Positions 13,901 through 25,900 of a stretch of 64,000 bases of DNA are shown in pieces. Position 1 is the stretch's first letter, and every line of letters begins with the position of its first letter. The DNA is from Balanoglossus misakiensis (Eukaryota > Animalia > Hemichordata). The stretch is taken from positions 8,711,337 to 8,775,336 of the forward strand of contig CM082586.2 of assembly GCA_040954595.2 (NCBI GenBank), read 5' to 3'. The notes beneath the pieces were generated by a model. The model saw only the letters and a program-made list of their open reading frames with translations, was not told the origin of the DNA and did not search any database. A program made the translations under genes and the position numbers.

Positions 13901-16900
13901 CATTAATTTCTTCTCAATCGATCAGACTTGGAAATGGTACTACACCTGTGTATTGCTATGTGATTGCTTGAATGGACCACAGATATTTAGTACTATAAAA
14001 CAGGTTATTTTCGCGACAGGAAATTTTCGCGATATTAAAAGAGGAAACTGTTACGCGAGGATTAATTTTCACGTTTTCAAATATCACTGCATCGTTATCT
14101 CCGAAAAATCATTTTACGTGACCTTTTATTTTCATATTTTTTGGCTCTCGCGTATTTCGCGAAAAAATTTATTGCTCGCGAAAAATAATCCGTTTTACAG
14201 TATGTTAGTCATACATTCACCATTTTTATGTTATGTGTTTTGCACAAAGCTCCGGGGAAGCATTGTTACAGTAGTTGTATGGTAGCATATGCACATGAAT
14301 TTTATGATTGATAAATACACATATTGGAAAAATAGCAATATTGTTCTCACATGTTTTCTTTCAGTGATGTGTCCGACTTCCTTGTCATAACACAACATCA
14401 TTTCAAGAGAAAAGAATTTTTAGATTCAAAGAGTGAGGAGGACAGACCATTCTATGAACAGGTTAAGTACAATATGACTGATTTAGCATGTTACTTCATT
14501 GCTTTAGTCGAAGTGTAATTAAAGCCTCTGGACCTTCAAAATTTCACATATTTCTTACCACAGTAAAATACTTCAAATCTATTCCCTTTCCTTTAAAATC
14601 CTCACCATTAAGCCATATTACTTAGCGAGGCATGCTAGGATAACTGCATACTGTTTGTATGGAGGCTGATTAAATGGGTGTGGCACCCGTTTACAGCGTG
14701 TTCAAATCGCAACATACACCCACAATCGGGCGTTGATGAGATGTTCATGTATACCTATCAGTAACATTCTAGCAGGGTACACTTGCCCATTCCTGACAGC
14801 TGCTACGCCCACTGAAAAGTGGTTCAAGACAATCAAAGTAATTGTCGTTATCAATTATTTCTTAGACCTGCACATTGTTTACCATATGTGATAATCGTTA
14901 TTGGACCTGGTTTGATGCCATATTGCTACATGTGTATGTGCAGTAGTCCAACTAGAATGGTCAAAATGCCAGTCCACCCTTGAAACGTTTGACGCTCATC
15001 TACCATGTTTATTTGTACCTGCAGGTAATCAAAACAGAAATGTTCAATCAATTTTTGAGAGATCGTCTTGCTCAGAAGAGAGACCACTATGCAATCATGG
15101 AAGAAAAAATGCGTCCTGTGTTGAAAGATGAACGTGGAGTGGTCATTGAACATCATTCACTTGTGTAAGTAGTATGTACAGCTGCTAGGTACTTTAAAAA
15201 GTCATAAATGCTTCATACATCATCTTTATTCGGTACTGTTTCATATTGAAAAGTTACAGTCACTTGAGGTTTCTTAGTAGAATTACATTTCTGGTTTCAA
15301 TCTCTAAGAAGACACTGACGCTGTTTCAATGCTTCATGCAATATCTGCGATGATATTTTTTTAATTTTTTTTTTCCACTATAGGCTAGGTAGGAAAGCTA
15401 GTACAGGTAACCTGCTCCGTTCAAGAAGACAATCAGTGAATATCAGTGAGACATGGTCAAGTCAGCGTCTGCCATTCTTCAACCAATCACAGCCAGATGA
15501 TAGTGTGACACTTGAATTACCACCCTTTCATCAGTTTCTCCATCCAGGTATGTGACTTGGTTGTTGTCTTCAAGTGATCATAGCTGTTTTGGAATTCTTC
15601 AGTATGTTGTCTGCAATAAGGCCAAAAAAATAATATGTGCGGTTCAGATTACATGGTATTCAAAAATAGGTAGGTAGGTAGGGAAATTTTTTTTTTTTGC
15701 AAATTTTTATTATATCTTTGGCCGCCGTTGTGTAGAATAATCATGTCATAGTTCTTGCGTGATTCGCAGAATTTTCATAAATTTTGCATATTTGACATCA
15801 TTATTTTTACTTCTGTTTTACAAAGCTCTAAAAAGTTTAGATTTAGGGTAGGTTGGGTAATCGGAACAGCACATATTTTTTTATTTGGCCTAACTAGTTT
15901 CTCATATCATGATGAAATGCAAAGAGTTCATGTCAGCCATGTACCTCCATGACACTTAATACATGTCAGGTTGATGACTCTATGCTCAGGTCTATGCTTT
16001 GGAAATTAGGTTTATTTTTAAGTTGTGTCACTCATGCAGGCCTCGAAATTATCTGCAGCCCAGGGCTGGTAAGAATTACACTTGGCAGGTAAATTTCGTT
16101 GTCACTGGCCCACCTGGGTCGGTTATCGAGCATACTTAGAGTAACACTGTTGATTAAAATGGAAATAAATTAAACCTTTTCTCAACCAGAAATGCCAGAT
16201 AAAAAAATTCAAAGTAAGCAACTGTAGCATGCCACTTTTCACTTCCATGTTAAGGGCATTACTTGTGACATAGAACTTGGTGACCCCTGACCCCTTCACA
16301 CCATGGACACTACGTGTCTAAATGCAGCTCGGATACATATGCATAAATTTCCTCTTTGTGCATAACCCACGTTTTACTGAAGTAACCTAATCACCTCATA
16401 GAATAAACATAAGCTTTTAAAGTTTGGGTTTACAAAAAAAAACTTAGAAGGTGATTGCAAGAGACTGAAAGTGCGAAAGTAAAAGACGATGACAGCTTGA
16501 TAATGATATGCTACTACATGTACCTCCACGATGGACCAGAAGGCAATGCATGACTATTAAATTTATTTATTTAATATATTGTGTTCACAATTTGCTATGC
16601 TCCTATCAACCAAGGATAGTACATGGTTGAACTTTCTGTTTGAACAAGTCTTGTATTTTGTTATAGTACATACTACATGTTCTGTACATGACAGGACATA
16701 CTTCAAAAGGGAGAACTTGTCAAAACATTCCAGGTGATTCTGAGTGCTGATTTTTTTCACAGTGCGTTCGTCTGGTGGAATGGCAAATTATGATCTGAAT
16801 TTTTAATTTGATCAGAGCAATTCTGTTAAATGGGGACAGGACAAATGTGTGTATGTATGTCTGTGTATATGTGTGTGTGTGTATGTGTGTGTCCATCCAT

Positions 16901-19900
16901 CCATCCATGGATATATTTTTTTAACCCTGAAATATTCTGAATTGCCCATTATTGATTGAACACTTCACGACATGCCATTTTTCTGCCATGGATACAGTAT
17001 TGTTAATTACAGGATATGGTTCATAACAACAATGACTTTTTTACAATTTCTACTTTGTTCATTATTATAATTCTTTAATATCAATCACGTGATCTGGCCA
17101 TGTGTCCCATGGCGCTGTCTTTTCCAAGTGACGGGCAAGCAATAATCCAGTAAAAGTTTTTCTGAGTATGTTTTTACTTTAGAACCACCAGACACGTAAC
17201 ATGTATCAGGTATGGTGCCTCATCAGCCTCATGGCGTTTCATCTGCACAGTCTTTGTCTGCACCACGTTGCTGAAGTTGCCCGTCACCTGGAAATTTGAA
17301 TGCCTATGTAACTGCGCCTAAGCGCGTCTGACGTCATTTGATATCGAAGAATCAGCTCTTGTCAGGTTACAATCTGACAATGAACAGGATATGATTTATA
17401 AACAAATATTTATAAATCTGAAACATACCTGGTGAATGCTTGGTGAAGTGAACTATAGATGAAAGTGGTCCACTTAGTGAATGACAAACAGTTTGATGAT
17501 CACAGGCCAAATAAAAAATATGTGCTGTTCTGATTAACCAACCTACCATAATTTTAACCAGCCGACCCTAAACTTTTTAGAGCTTCGTAAACATCAGTAA
17601 AAATATTGATGTCAATTATACACAATTTATGAAAATTGCGAGAATCTTGCAAGAACTATGACGCCATTCTTCTACACTATGGCGGCCAAAGATATAAAAT
17701 AAAATTGCAAAATAAAAGTATTTCCCTACCTACCTACCCTATTTTTGAAAAACCATGTAATCGGAACAGTACATGTTATTTTTTTGGCCCGACTAACTTA
17801 TTATAAGTAGCAACCCAAAAAGTGGAATAAATCACCAGAATAATAGTAGGTGCTTTAGTTTATAGACAAAAAATGTCTGATGTCTGATTAACAGAATCAG
17901 CGGCCTTTGAAAAATTAATGTGCACAGTGACAACCTGTTTCTTTTCTTGTTTCCCTGTGGGGTTTTTCTTTACTTGTCAAATAAATCAGACAAGAATCCC
18001 AGACATGGCAAAAGATTACTTTTAATTGAGGAATCGTTAACCAATGGACATTCTGGGTATAACTTCGTGTCATACTGTAAATGAGGACATTTTCGCGAAT
18101 GATAAATTTTCATGAACTACATGAGAGACGAATAAATGCGAAAATAATAGTTGCGTAAAATGTTTTCGCAGATAATGATGCAGTGAAATAGAGAACATGA
18201 AATACAGATAACATATCTTTTCAAATTCTTAGTACAGTGAGTTGTTAACTATCACAATACAATTATTATAATGTGAGGTTTCCAAATATTATTTCCAGGA
18301 ATTTTTTTCAGAATTTTGGTGTTGTTTGATCAGCAACTTTAGAAAATGCAGATTTTATTCCAATTCAAGTAAATGTAGTTGGGTTCTGTGATCTAGTCGG
18401 CTGTCCTTTTCAATTTCAAGTCTGGTTTGTTGCCAGAACATTTCCTGTCCGACCTCATCCTCTGTCCACCGCAGGCATTTCTTGTGACACTTCAGCAGCC
18501 GGATCAGTCGGGGCAACTTGTCCTCGGGAATGGGTCGGAGCTGCACCAGGATGACCACGTCCCTGAGTTCGTCAAATAGGCGCTGCAGAGCCACCTCCAG
18601 CTCAAAGATGCAGAACTGATCCTCCACAAAGTCCTCGCTCAAGACGAAGACCACTTTGTCACTTCGGTGCACACTTTCTGTGATGTTAACAGCGATGGCA
18701 ACACCCGGCGGGTAATCCCTGTCTTTGATGCAGAGTCGAAACTGATCCCGCTCCTCAAATCGCACCATCATCTCGTGTCTCACCCAGCGATAATCTTCGT
18801 CAGCGTAGGACACCATGATCTGACCGCGCCTCTCGGCGTTCTCCCCTTCCACAGCCTGGTAACCCTTTCCGACAAATCCGGTCCTCAGTTTGAACAGGAA
18901 AAACTTGTACTTGATGTTCCACTTGAATTTCTTCCAAAAGACAACAGATGACACCGCCAGCAGAAGGAGAAGACCAGTTGACGTCCCCGCGTACAGAGCC
19001 ACGCTTGACTGGCAGTGAAGCTCACCCGTGTCGAAATCAACTAGAAAGATGTCAGCGTATGGAGTTGGTGAGAAACAGTGGTAGTCTTGCAACCAGTACA
19101 TGTCTTCAGAATTTGGCATTTCTTGAAATGTAAGCATTCGGGGGTTTTCCATCAGCCACAAGTGAAACCACAGAACATCACAAGTACATGCAAATGGATT
19201 GCCGCCTATATAGAGCCGCTTCAATGCTGGTAGTCCACTGAATGTGCTGGAGTTGATGATCTGAATGGCGTTGGATCTGAGGTCGAGAGTGAGCAAGTTG
19301 TCCAATCCTGTCCACATGCCAGATGTTAGCGTTGAGATGCTGTTCCCACTGAGCGCCAGGTGTACCAAAGATGTCGCGTTGGAGAAGCAACCGTCACTGA
19401 TGGATACGAGCTTGTTTTCGTTCAGTTCCAGTTTTTGCAAGCGAGGAAAGGCTTGGAACAAGTAGCACTGTAGATTCTGGGAATCCAGAACAACTTGGTT
19501 CATTTTCAGTGTTGCGATTCGTCTCAGAGTGCAGCCTAAAGGATAGTCTGGTAACTTAATTGGAATTGCGCCACTGATTGAGTTCACAATTTGCTATGCT
19601 TCTATCAACCGAGAAAAGTAAATGGTTGAACTTTCTCTTTGAGCAAGTCTTATATTTTGTTTTATAATATACCTCATGCTAATACTGTGTCGTGATTCGC
19701 TAGAATCCGTCACGTGATAGGAAAATAGAATCGACTATGAACCACTAGGGAAATAGCAGAAAAAATATAAACCGGTCACGTGACCAATGTGGTCACGTCA
19801 ATCAGCGTCGCGCCGTCTGACACAATGGCCACCGCAACTATGCAGTAAATGAAAAAAAGAAAACGCAAAAATTAATACTCGTGAAACAGTTGCCTCTTTT

Positions 19901-22900
19901 GATATCGCGAGCATTTCCTGTCGTGAAAATAACATGTTTTACAGTACTTCAAGAGGGAGAACTTGTCAAAACATTTCAGCTGATTCTGAGTGCCGATTTT
20001 GTTTTCACATTGCGTTCCTTTAATGGAATGGAAAATTATGATCTGAATTTTTAATTTGATCAGAGCAATTCTGTTAAATGGGGACAGGACAGATGTGTGT
20101 ATGTCTGTGTGTGTGTGTGTGTCCATCCATCCAGGAATTGCCCATTATTGATTGAACACTCCACGACATGCCATTTTTCTGCCATTGATACAGTATTGTT
20201 AATTACAGTATATGGTTCATAACAACAACGATAAAACATTTTTTTGCAATTTCTACGTTTACATTTAATTCTATACTATCAATCACGTGATCTGGCCATG
20301 AGACCAACGGCGTTGTCATTTCCTGGTGACGGGCAAGCAATTTTTCGACATTGAGTAAAAGTTTTTCCGAGTATGTTTTTACTTTAGAACCGCCAAACAC
20401 GTAACATATATCAGGTCTTTGTCTGGACCATGTTGTTGAAGTTGCCCGTCATCTGGAAATTTGAATGCCAACGTAACTGCCGCCTGAGTGTCTGACATCA
20501 TTTGATATCGAAGAATCAGCTCTTGCAAGGTTACAATCTGACAATGAAGAGGATATGATTTATAAAAAAATATTTATAAATCTGAAACATATACCTGGTG
20601 AATGCTTGGTATAGTAAACTATAGATAAAAGTGGTCCACTTAGTGAATGACAAACAGTTTGATTATCACAGGCCAAATAAAAAAATATGTGCTGTTACGA
20701 TTACCCGACCTACCCTAATTTTAGCTCGTCGACCCTAAACTTTTTAGAGCTTCGTAAACCGGAAGTAAAAATAACGATGTCAAATACACAAAATTTATGA
20801 AAATTGCGAGAATCTTGCAAGAACTATGACGCCATTCTTCTACACTATGGCGGCCAAAGATATAAAATAAAATTGCAAAATAAAAGTATTTCCCTACCTA
20901 CCATATTTTTGAAAAACCATGTAGTCGGAACAGCACATATTATATTTTTGGCCCGATTAACTTATTATAAGTAGCAACCCAAAAAGTGGAATAAATCACC
21001 AGACTAATAGTAGTACTTTAGTTTATAGACAAAAAAATGCATGATGTCTGATTAACAGAATCAGTGGCCTTTGAAAAATTAATGTGCACAGTGATAACCT
21101 GTTTCTTTTCTTGTTTCCCTGTGGGGTTTTTCTTTACTTGTCAAATAATCCCAGACAGAGCAAAAGATTACTTTTTATTGAGGAATCGTTAACAAATGGA
21201 CATTCTGGGTAATGACTTCGTGTCATACTGTTAATCAGGACAATTTCGCGAATGATAAATTTTCATGAACTACACGAGAGACGAATAAATGCGATAATAA
21301 TAGTCGCGTAAAATGTTTTCGCAGATAATGATGCAGTGAAATAGAGAACATGAAATACAGATAACATATCTTTTCAAATTCTTACTACAGTGAGTTGTTA
21401 ACTATCACAATACAAATATTATAATGTGAGGTTTCCAAATATTATTTCCAAGAATTCTTTTCAGAATTTTGCTGTTGATTTGATCAGCAACTTTAGAAAA
21501 TGCAGATTTTATCCCAATTCAAGTAAATGTAGTTGGGTTCTGTGATCAAGTCGGCTGTCTTTTTCAAGTTCAAGTCTGGTTTGTTGCCAGAACATTTCCT
21601 GTCCGACTTCATCCTCTGTCCACCGCAGGCATTTCTTGCGACACTTCAGCAGCCGGATCAGTCGGGGCAACTTGTCCTCGGGAATGGGTCGGAGCTGCAC
21701 CAGGATGACCACGTCCCTGAGTTCGTCAAATAGGCGCTGCAGAGCCACCTCCAGCTCAAAGATGCAGAACTGATCCTCCACAAAGTCCTCGCTCAAGACG
21801 AAGACCACTTTGTCACTTCGGTGCACACTTTCTGTGATGTTAACAGCGATGGCAACACCCGGCGGGTAATCCCTGTCTTTGATGCAGAGTCGAAACTGAT
21901 CCCGCTCCTCAAATCGCACCATCATCTCGTGTCTCACCCAGCGATAATCTTCGTCAGCGTAGGACACCATGATCTGACCGCGCCTCTCGGCGTTCTCCCC
22001 TTCCACAGCCTGGTAACCCTTTCCGACAAATCCGGTCCTCAGTTTGAACAGGAAAAACTTGTACTTGATGTTCCACTTGAATTTCTTCCAAAAGACAACA
22101 GATGACACCACCAGCAGCAGGAGAAGACCAGTTGACGTCCCCGCGTACAGAGCCAAGCTTGACTGGCAGTGAAGTTCGCCCGTGTCGAAATCAACTAGAA
22201 AGATGTCAGCGTACTGAGGTGGTGAGAAACAGTGGTAGTCTTGCAACCAGTACATGTCTTCGGAATTTGGCATTTCTTGAAATGTGAGCATTCGGGGGTT
22301 TTCCATCAGCCACGAGTGAAACCACAGAACATCACAAGTACATGCAAATGGATTGCCGCCTATATAGAGCCGCTTCAATGCTGGTAGTCCACTGAATGTG
22401 CTGGAGTTGATGATCTGAATGGCGTTGGATCTGAGGTCGAGCGTGAGCAAGTTGTCCAATCCTGTCCACATGCCAGGTGTTAGCGTTGAGATGCTGTTCC
22501 CACTGAGCGCCAGGTGTACCAAAGATGTCGCGTTGGAGAAGCAACCGTCACTGATGGATACGAGCTTGTTTTCGTTCAGTTCCAGTTTTTGCAAGCGAGG
22601 AAAGGCTTGGAACAAGTAGCACTGTAGATTCTGGGAATCCAGAACAACTTGGTTCATTTTCAGTGTTGCGATTCGTCTCAGAGTGCAGCCTAAAGGATAG
22701 TCTGGTAACTTAATTGGAATTCCGCCGCTGATGTCCAAGTAGGACAGTTTTGGAAATGTTTCTGGTACATCGCACATATATCTGTACATCAAATAGCTTA
22801 ATTGTGTAAATCTAAAATCAATGAAAGTGACATTTGCTAATGCTTTTACATTGCTTACACTTGTGATCAACGATTGAATATTAGAAAATTCTATCCTTTC

Positions 22901-25900
22901 CAAATGTGCCTGTTCAGAAAGGACTGCCAATTCCAGATAGTCAAGTCTGGCTTTGTTTGCCTTGAAGTAAAAGTGTGTCAATGATTGTAAACCAAACAGC
23001 ATTCCAGACCTCACATTATGAATGGAATTTGATGATAAATCAAGGCTTTGCAGGTTTGAAAGTGTTGCTACAGCGGAAGTTGGTATGGCGACTAATTTGT
23101 TGCAGGACAAATCAAGATGTTCTAAACTGAATAATCCATAGAAAGCCTGGTCTGGAATAAATGATAGTGTTGTAAAAGAAATTTGGAGTTTCTTCAGGAT
23201 AGGCAACCACTGAAAAGCGTAATTGTCTAGAATAAATGGATATCGAGTTGTACCTTGTCGAAAGACTAATTCATTCAGTGATACATTAGCAAGACCTTTA
23301 AATGTTGTACTGCGGAAGTTGAGAACGAGGTAGGAAAGGTCTTGCACTATTCGCAAACAGTTGACGATTGCCCCTGCAAAAGTATCTAAGATGTTCTCCA
23401 GCAAACTTGATGGTGTTGTTGTATTGTTTTTGTCTGTTGGCAAAACGTTAAGTAGAATCAACTTTCTTATATCCTTAAAGGGTTTGAAAGGATTTCCAGA
23501 AATGTTACTGAAAGATAAGTGCAGGGACTGCAAGGTGGAGGCACAGAAACTCTTGAAAGAATTTTCATTGATAATTGTAGGTGTGTCTTCTACCATCAGG
23601 GAATGAAGTTTTGTACAGTTTTCATAGCTTGTTCCAAATTGCAAAACCGTGATGGGATTCATTGATATCTCCAAATCTGTCAGCTCGGAGGCGTGGTTGC
23701 AGATATTTTGAGGCACGTCATCTAAACAGTTATCTCTAAGATCAAGAATCTTTAGTTTAGGAGTGTAAGAGAGATATTGTGCAGGAAGTGAACCCAGTTT
23801 GTTTCCATTCAGATGTAGTTCTTGAAGTTCTGTCAGACCGTAAAATGCATCAGACTCGATGGATTTTATGCCACAGTGTGATAACTCTAGAAGTCTTACT
23901 CTGTGGAGTGTTCCAAAAGAGTGGTTTGAAAGTGATGATATGGGGTTTCTTTCAAGGCGGAGAGACACTAAACTGTCTAGACCCTGAAAGGTATTCCTTG
24001 TGAGCTCTCCAATTTTGTTATCTCGTAGTTCAAGCTGCTGTAACTTTGCCAGCCCAAGGAAAGCCAGATTCTCGATTTCACCGATGACATTGTGATCAAT
24101 GTTGAGTTTTTCAAGATGTGGAAGGTGTCTGAATTGTTCAGATTTTAGGATGCTGATGTGATTTTGTGCCAAATTCAAGACGACGGTTTGTTCGCCGATT
24201 CCGCTTGGTACACCTGTCAGTGGAGGCTTCAGTTGGCTACAGTCGGTGGCGTCGGTGTTGGGGTGACACTTGTGGCACTGTGCAGACTGGCTGCCCTGAC
24301 CGTGTGCCGTTTGGTTGCCTGACAACAGCAGGATGAGTAGTACATGTAGAGATCCATAGCGGCAGAATTTATCCATTCCAATTTTCATTCTTTTATCCGT
24401 ACAGAATGAAGACTTGTCCATTTTAGATCTCAATATAGACAGTCTGATTTACAAGTTGTCGTACATTATATAATCGTTTTAGAGTACATCTGTAGAGTGA
24501 AGTAAAATAAGGAAAATTCATCAAAACGAAGACAAACATGGGAAAGATGGCTATTCAATCTTGCATTATCAACTCTACTTCCTCATTTGATACAGATCCA
24601 CCAGCGTATAACCTTTCATTGTGCTAGTACATTGGGAGTATAGTTCTTAGTTGCTAGTATATAAATACCAATATGTGCCTGTTGTCTGTGCGGTTAACCC
24701 ATGCGTAGCACATAAATTAACATGCAATAAATACAGGCCCACAGTCAACAATGAATTTAGCGTGCATTTTTCAATATGTCGGCCACTGCACTGTAGAGGT
24801 ATGTAAGAGTACTTCGAAGTGCATACTCCGAGTTCAAAGACCGAGTCGGACTTCAAAGTCCGAGTACTCGGACTTGTACACTCCGAGTAGTGGCTGTACT
24901 CGGACTTGTATACACCGAGTTGCACTCGGTGCTCGGACTTGCGTACTCCGAGTTACAGTTGAATAAAAGCCAGCTTTTAAAAGCACAAATAATATTCGAT
25001 TTTGCGATAAAAATGTGGGAATACTTTGTACTGAGCCTCCAGTCAAATCGATCGAGGGGCTCGGGTTTTGAAAATATCGCAACTTTCAACTTTCTTTCAA
25101 TCTCTCGACAGTGTATCATGTACAAAATGCACACTCCGCGTAATTTCCGTTTGGTTAAATACCGACCTTTCCTATCTACTAGATCATATCCAAGTCTGAT
25201 TTTACACTGAATTTTATTAGGAGCTCATTGGTTTGTCAATTTTAGTAGCTAAGTGAAAATTACGCTAACGAACGCGAAATGCGTATACTGCACTGCGATG
25301 CGACAATCGCCATTTTTGAATGACCTGACCTTTGACGTCATCGGTTGAAATATGGTCGAGGTCGCACTGCGTTCATCCGATGATCGCGCGATGAATCTGA
25401 CTACTCGCTTCCGCATTGTTGCCGTACATTTTTATGTCTAAATAAACGTAATATTTTTTTTATTTTGAAAAACGGTTGTGTGAGTGCAGTTACGGGCTAT
25501 GCTTTAGTGAGCGCGCGGGAGTGACTGTGTGAACGAGTGGTCACTCCGTGACCGCATGGATCTAGCCCTGTGAATGTTTTTATGGATGTAAAGCCCATGC
25601 CTATTCAAAACTGGCGCAACAAGACATCATGGACACCGATCGTGGTAGTAAGGAATAAATAACTTCTTGAGTAACGAAAACAGGATTTTTGACGTCCGTT
25701 GTCTTTCATAGGCAGTATGTAACTCGGAGTACGCAAGTCCGAGCACCGAGTGCAACTCTGTGTATACAAGTCCGAGTACAGCCACTACTCGGAGTGTACA
25801 AGTCCGAGTACTCGGACTTTAAAGTCCGACTCGGTCTTTGAACTCGGAGTATGCACTTCGAAGTACTCCTACATACCTGCACTGTAGGGTGATTGACCCC

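Larger units (their letters stand above)
16578..22732. repeat. Direct tandem segmental duplication, ~3 kb unit (copy A ~16578-19578, copy B ~19577-22732)
   Basis: gttcacaatttgctatgct... recurs at 16583 and 19582. Downstream non-coding blocks, the embedded Harbinger-type MITE and the TLR 3' half are all repeated in the same order. Confidence 0.92.

Noticed and set aside
13430-14285. GC-richer intronic patch and 164-aa ORF
   Set aside because: Stops in candidate frames; the ORF crosses a small palindromic repeat (~13991-14202); no homology recognised
18667-19465. Duplicated plus-strand ORFs (also 21821-22619)
   Set aside because: Antisense shadows of the TLR coding sequence
21760-21775. TIR glutamate (CIFE) equivalent to the NADase catalytic Glu
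   Set aside because: This Glu is also present in many ordinary TLR TIRs without NADase activity, so it is not evidence of enzymatic function
24647-25210. Overlapping ORFs and CRISPR-like short repeats (ctcggac/actccgag)
   Set aside because: Subrepeats of a transposon TIR with a mirrored partner and 9-bp TSD; no unique spacers or cas genes; eukaryotic context
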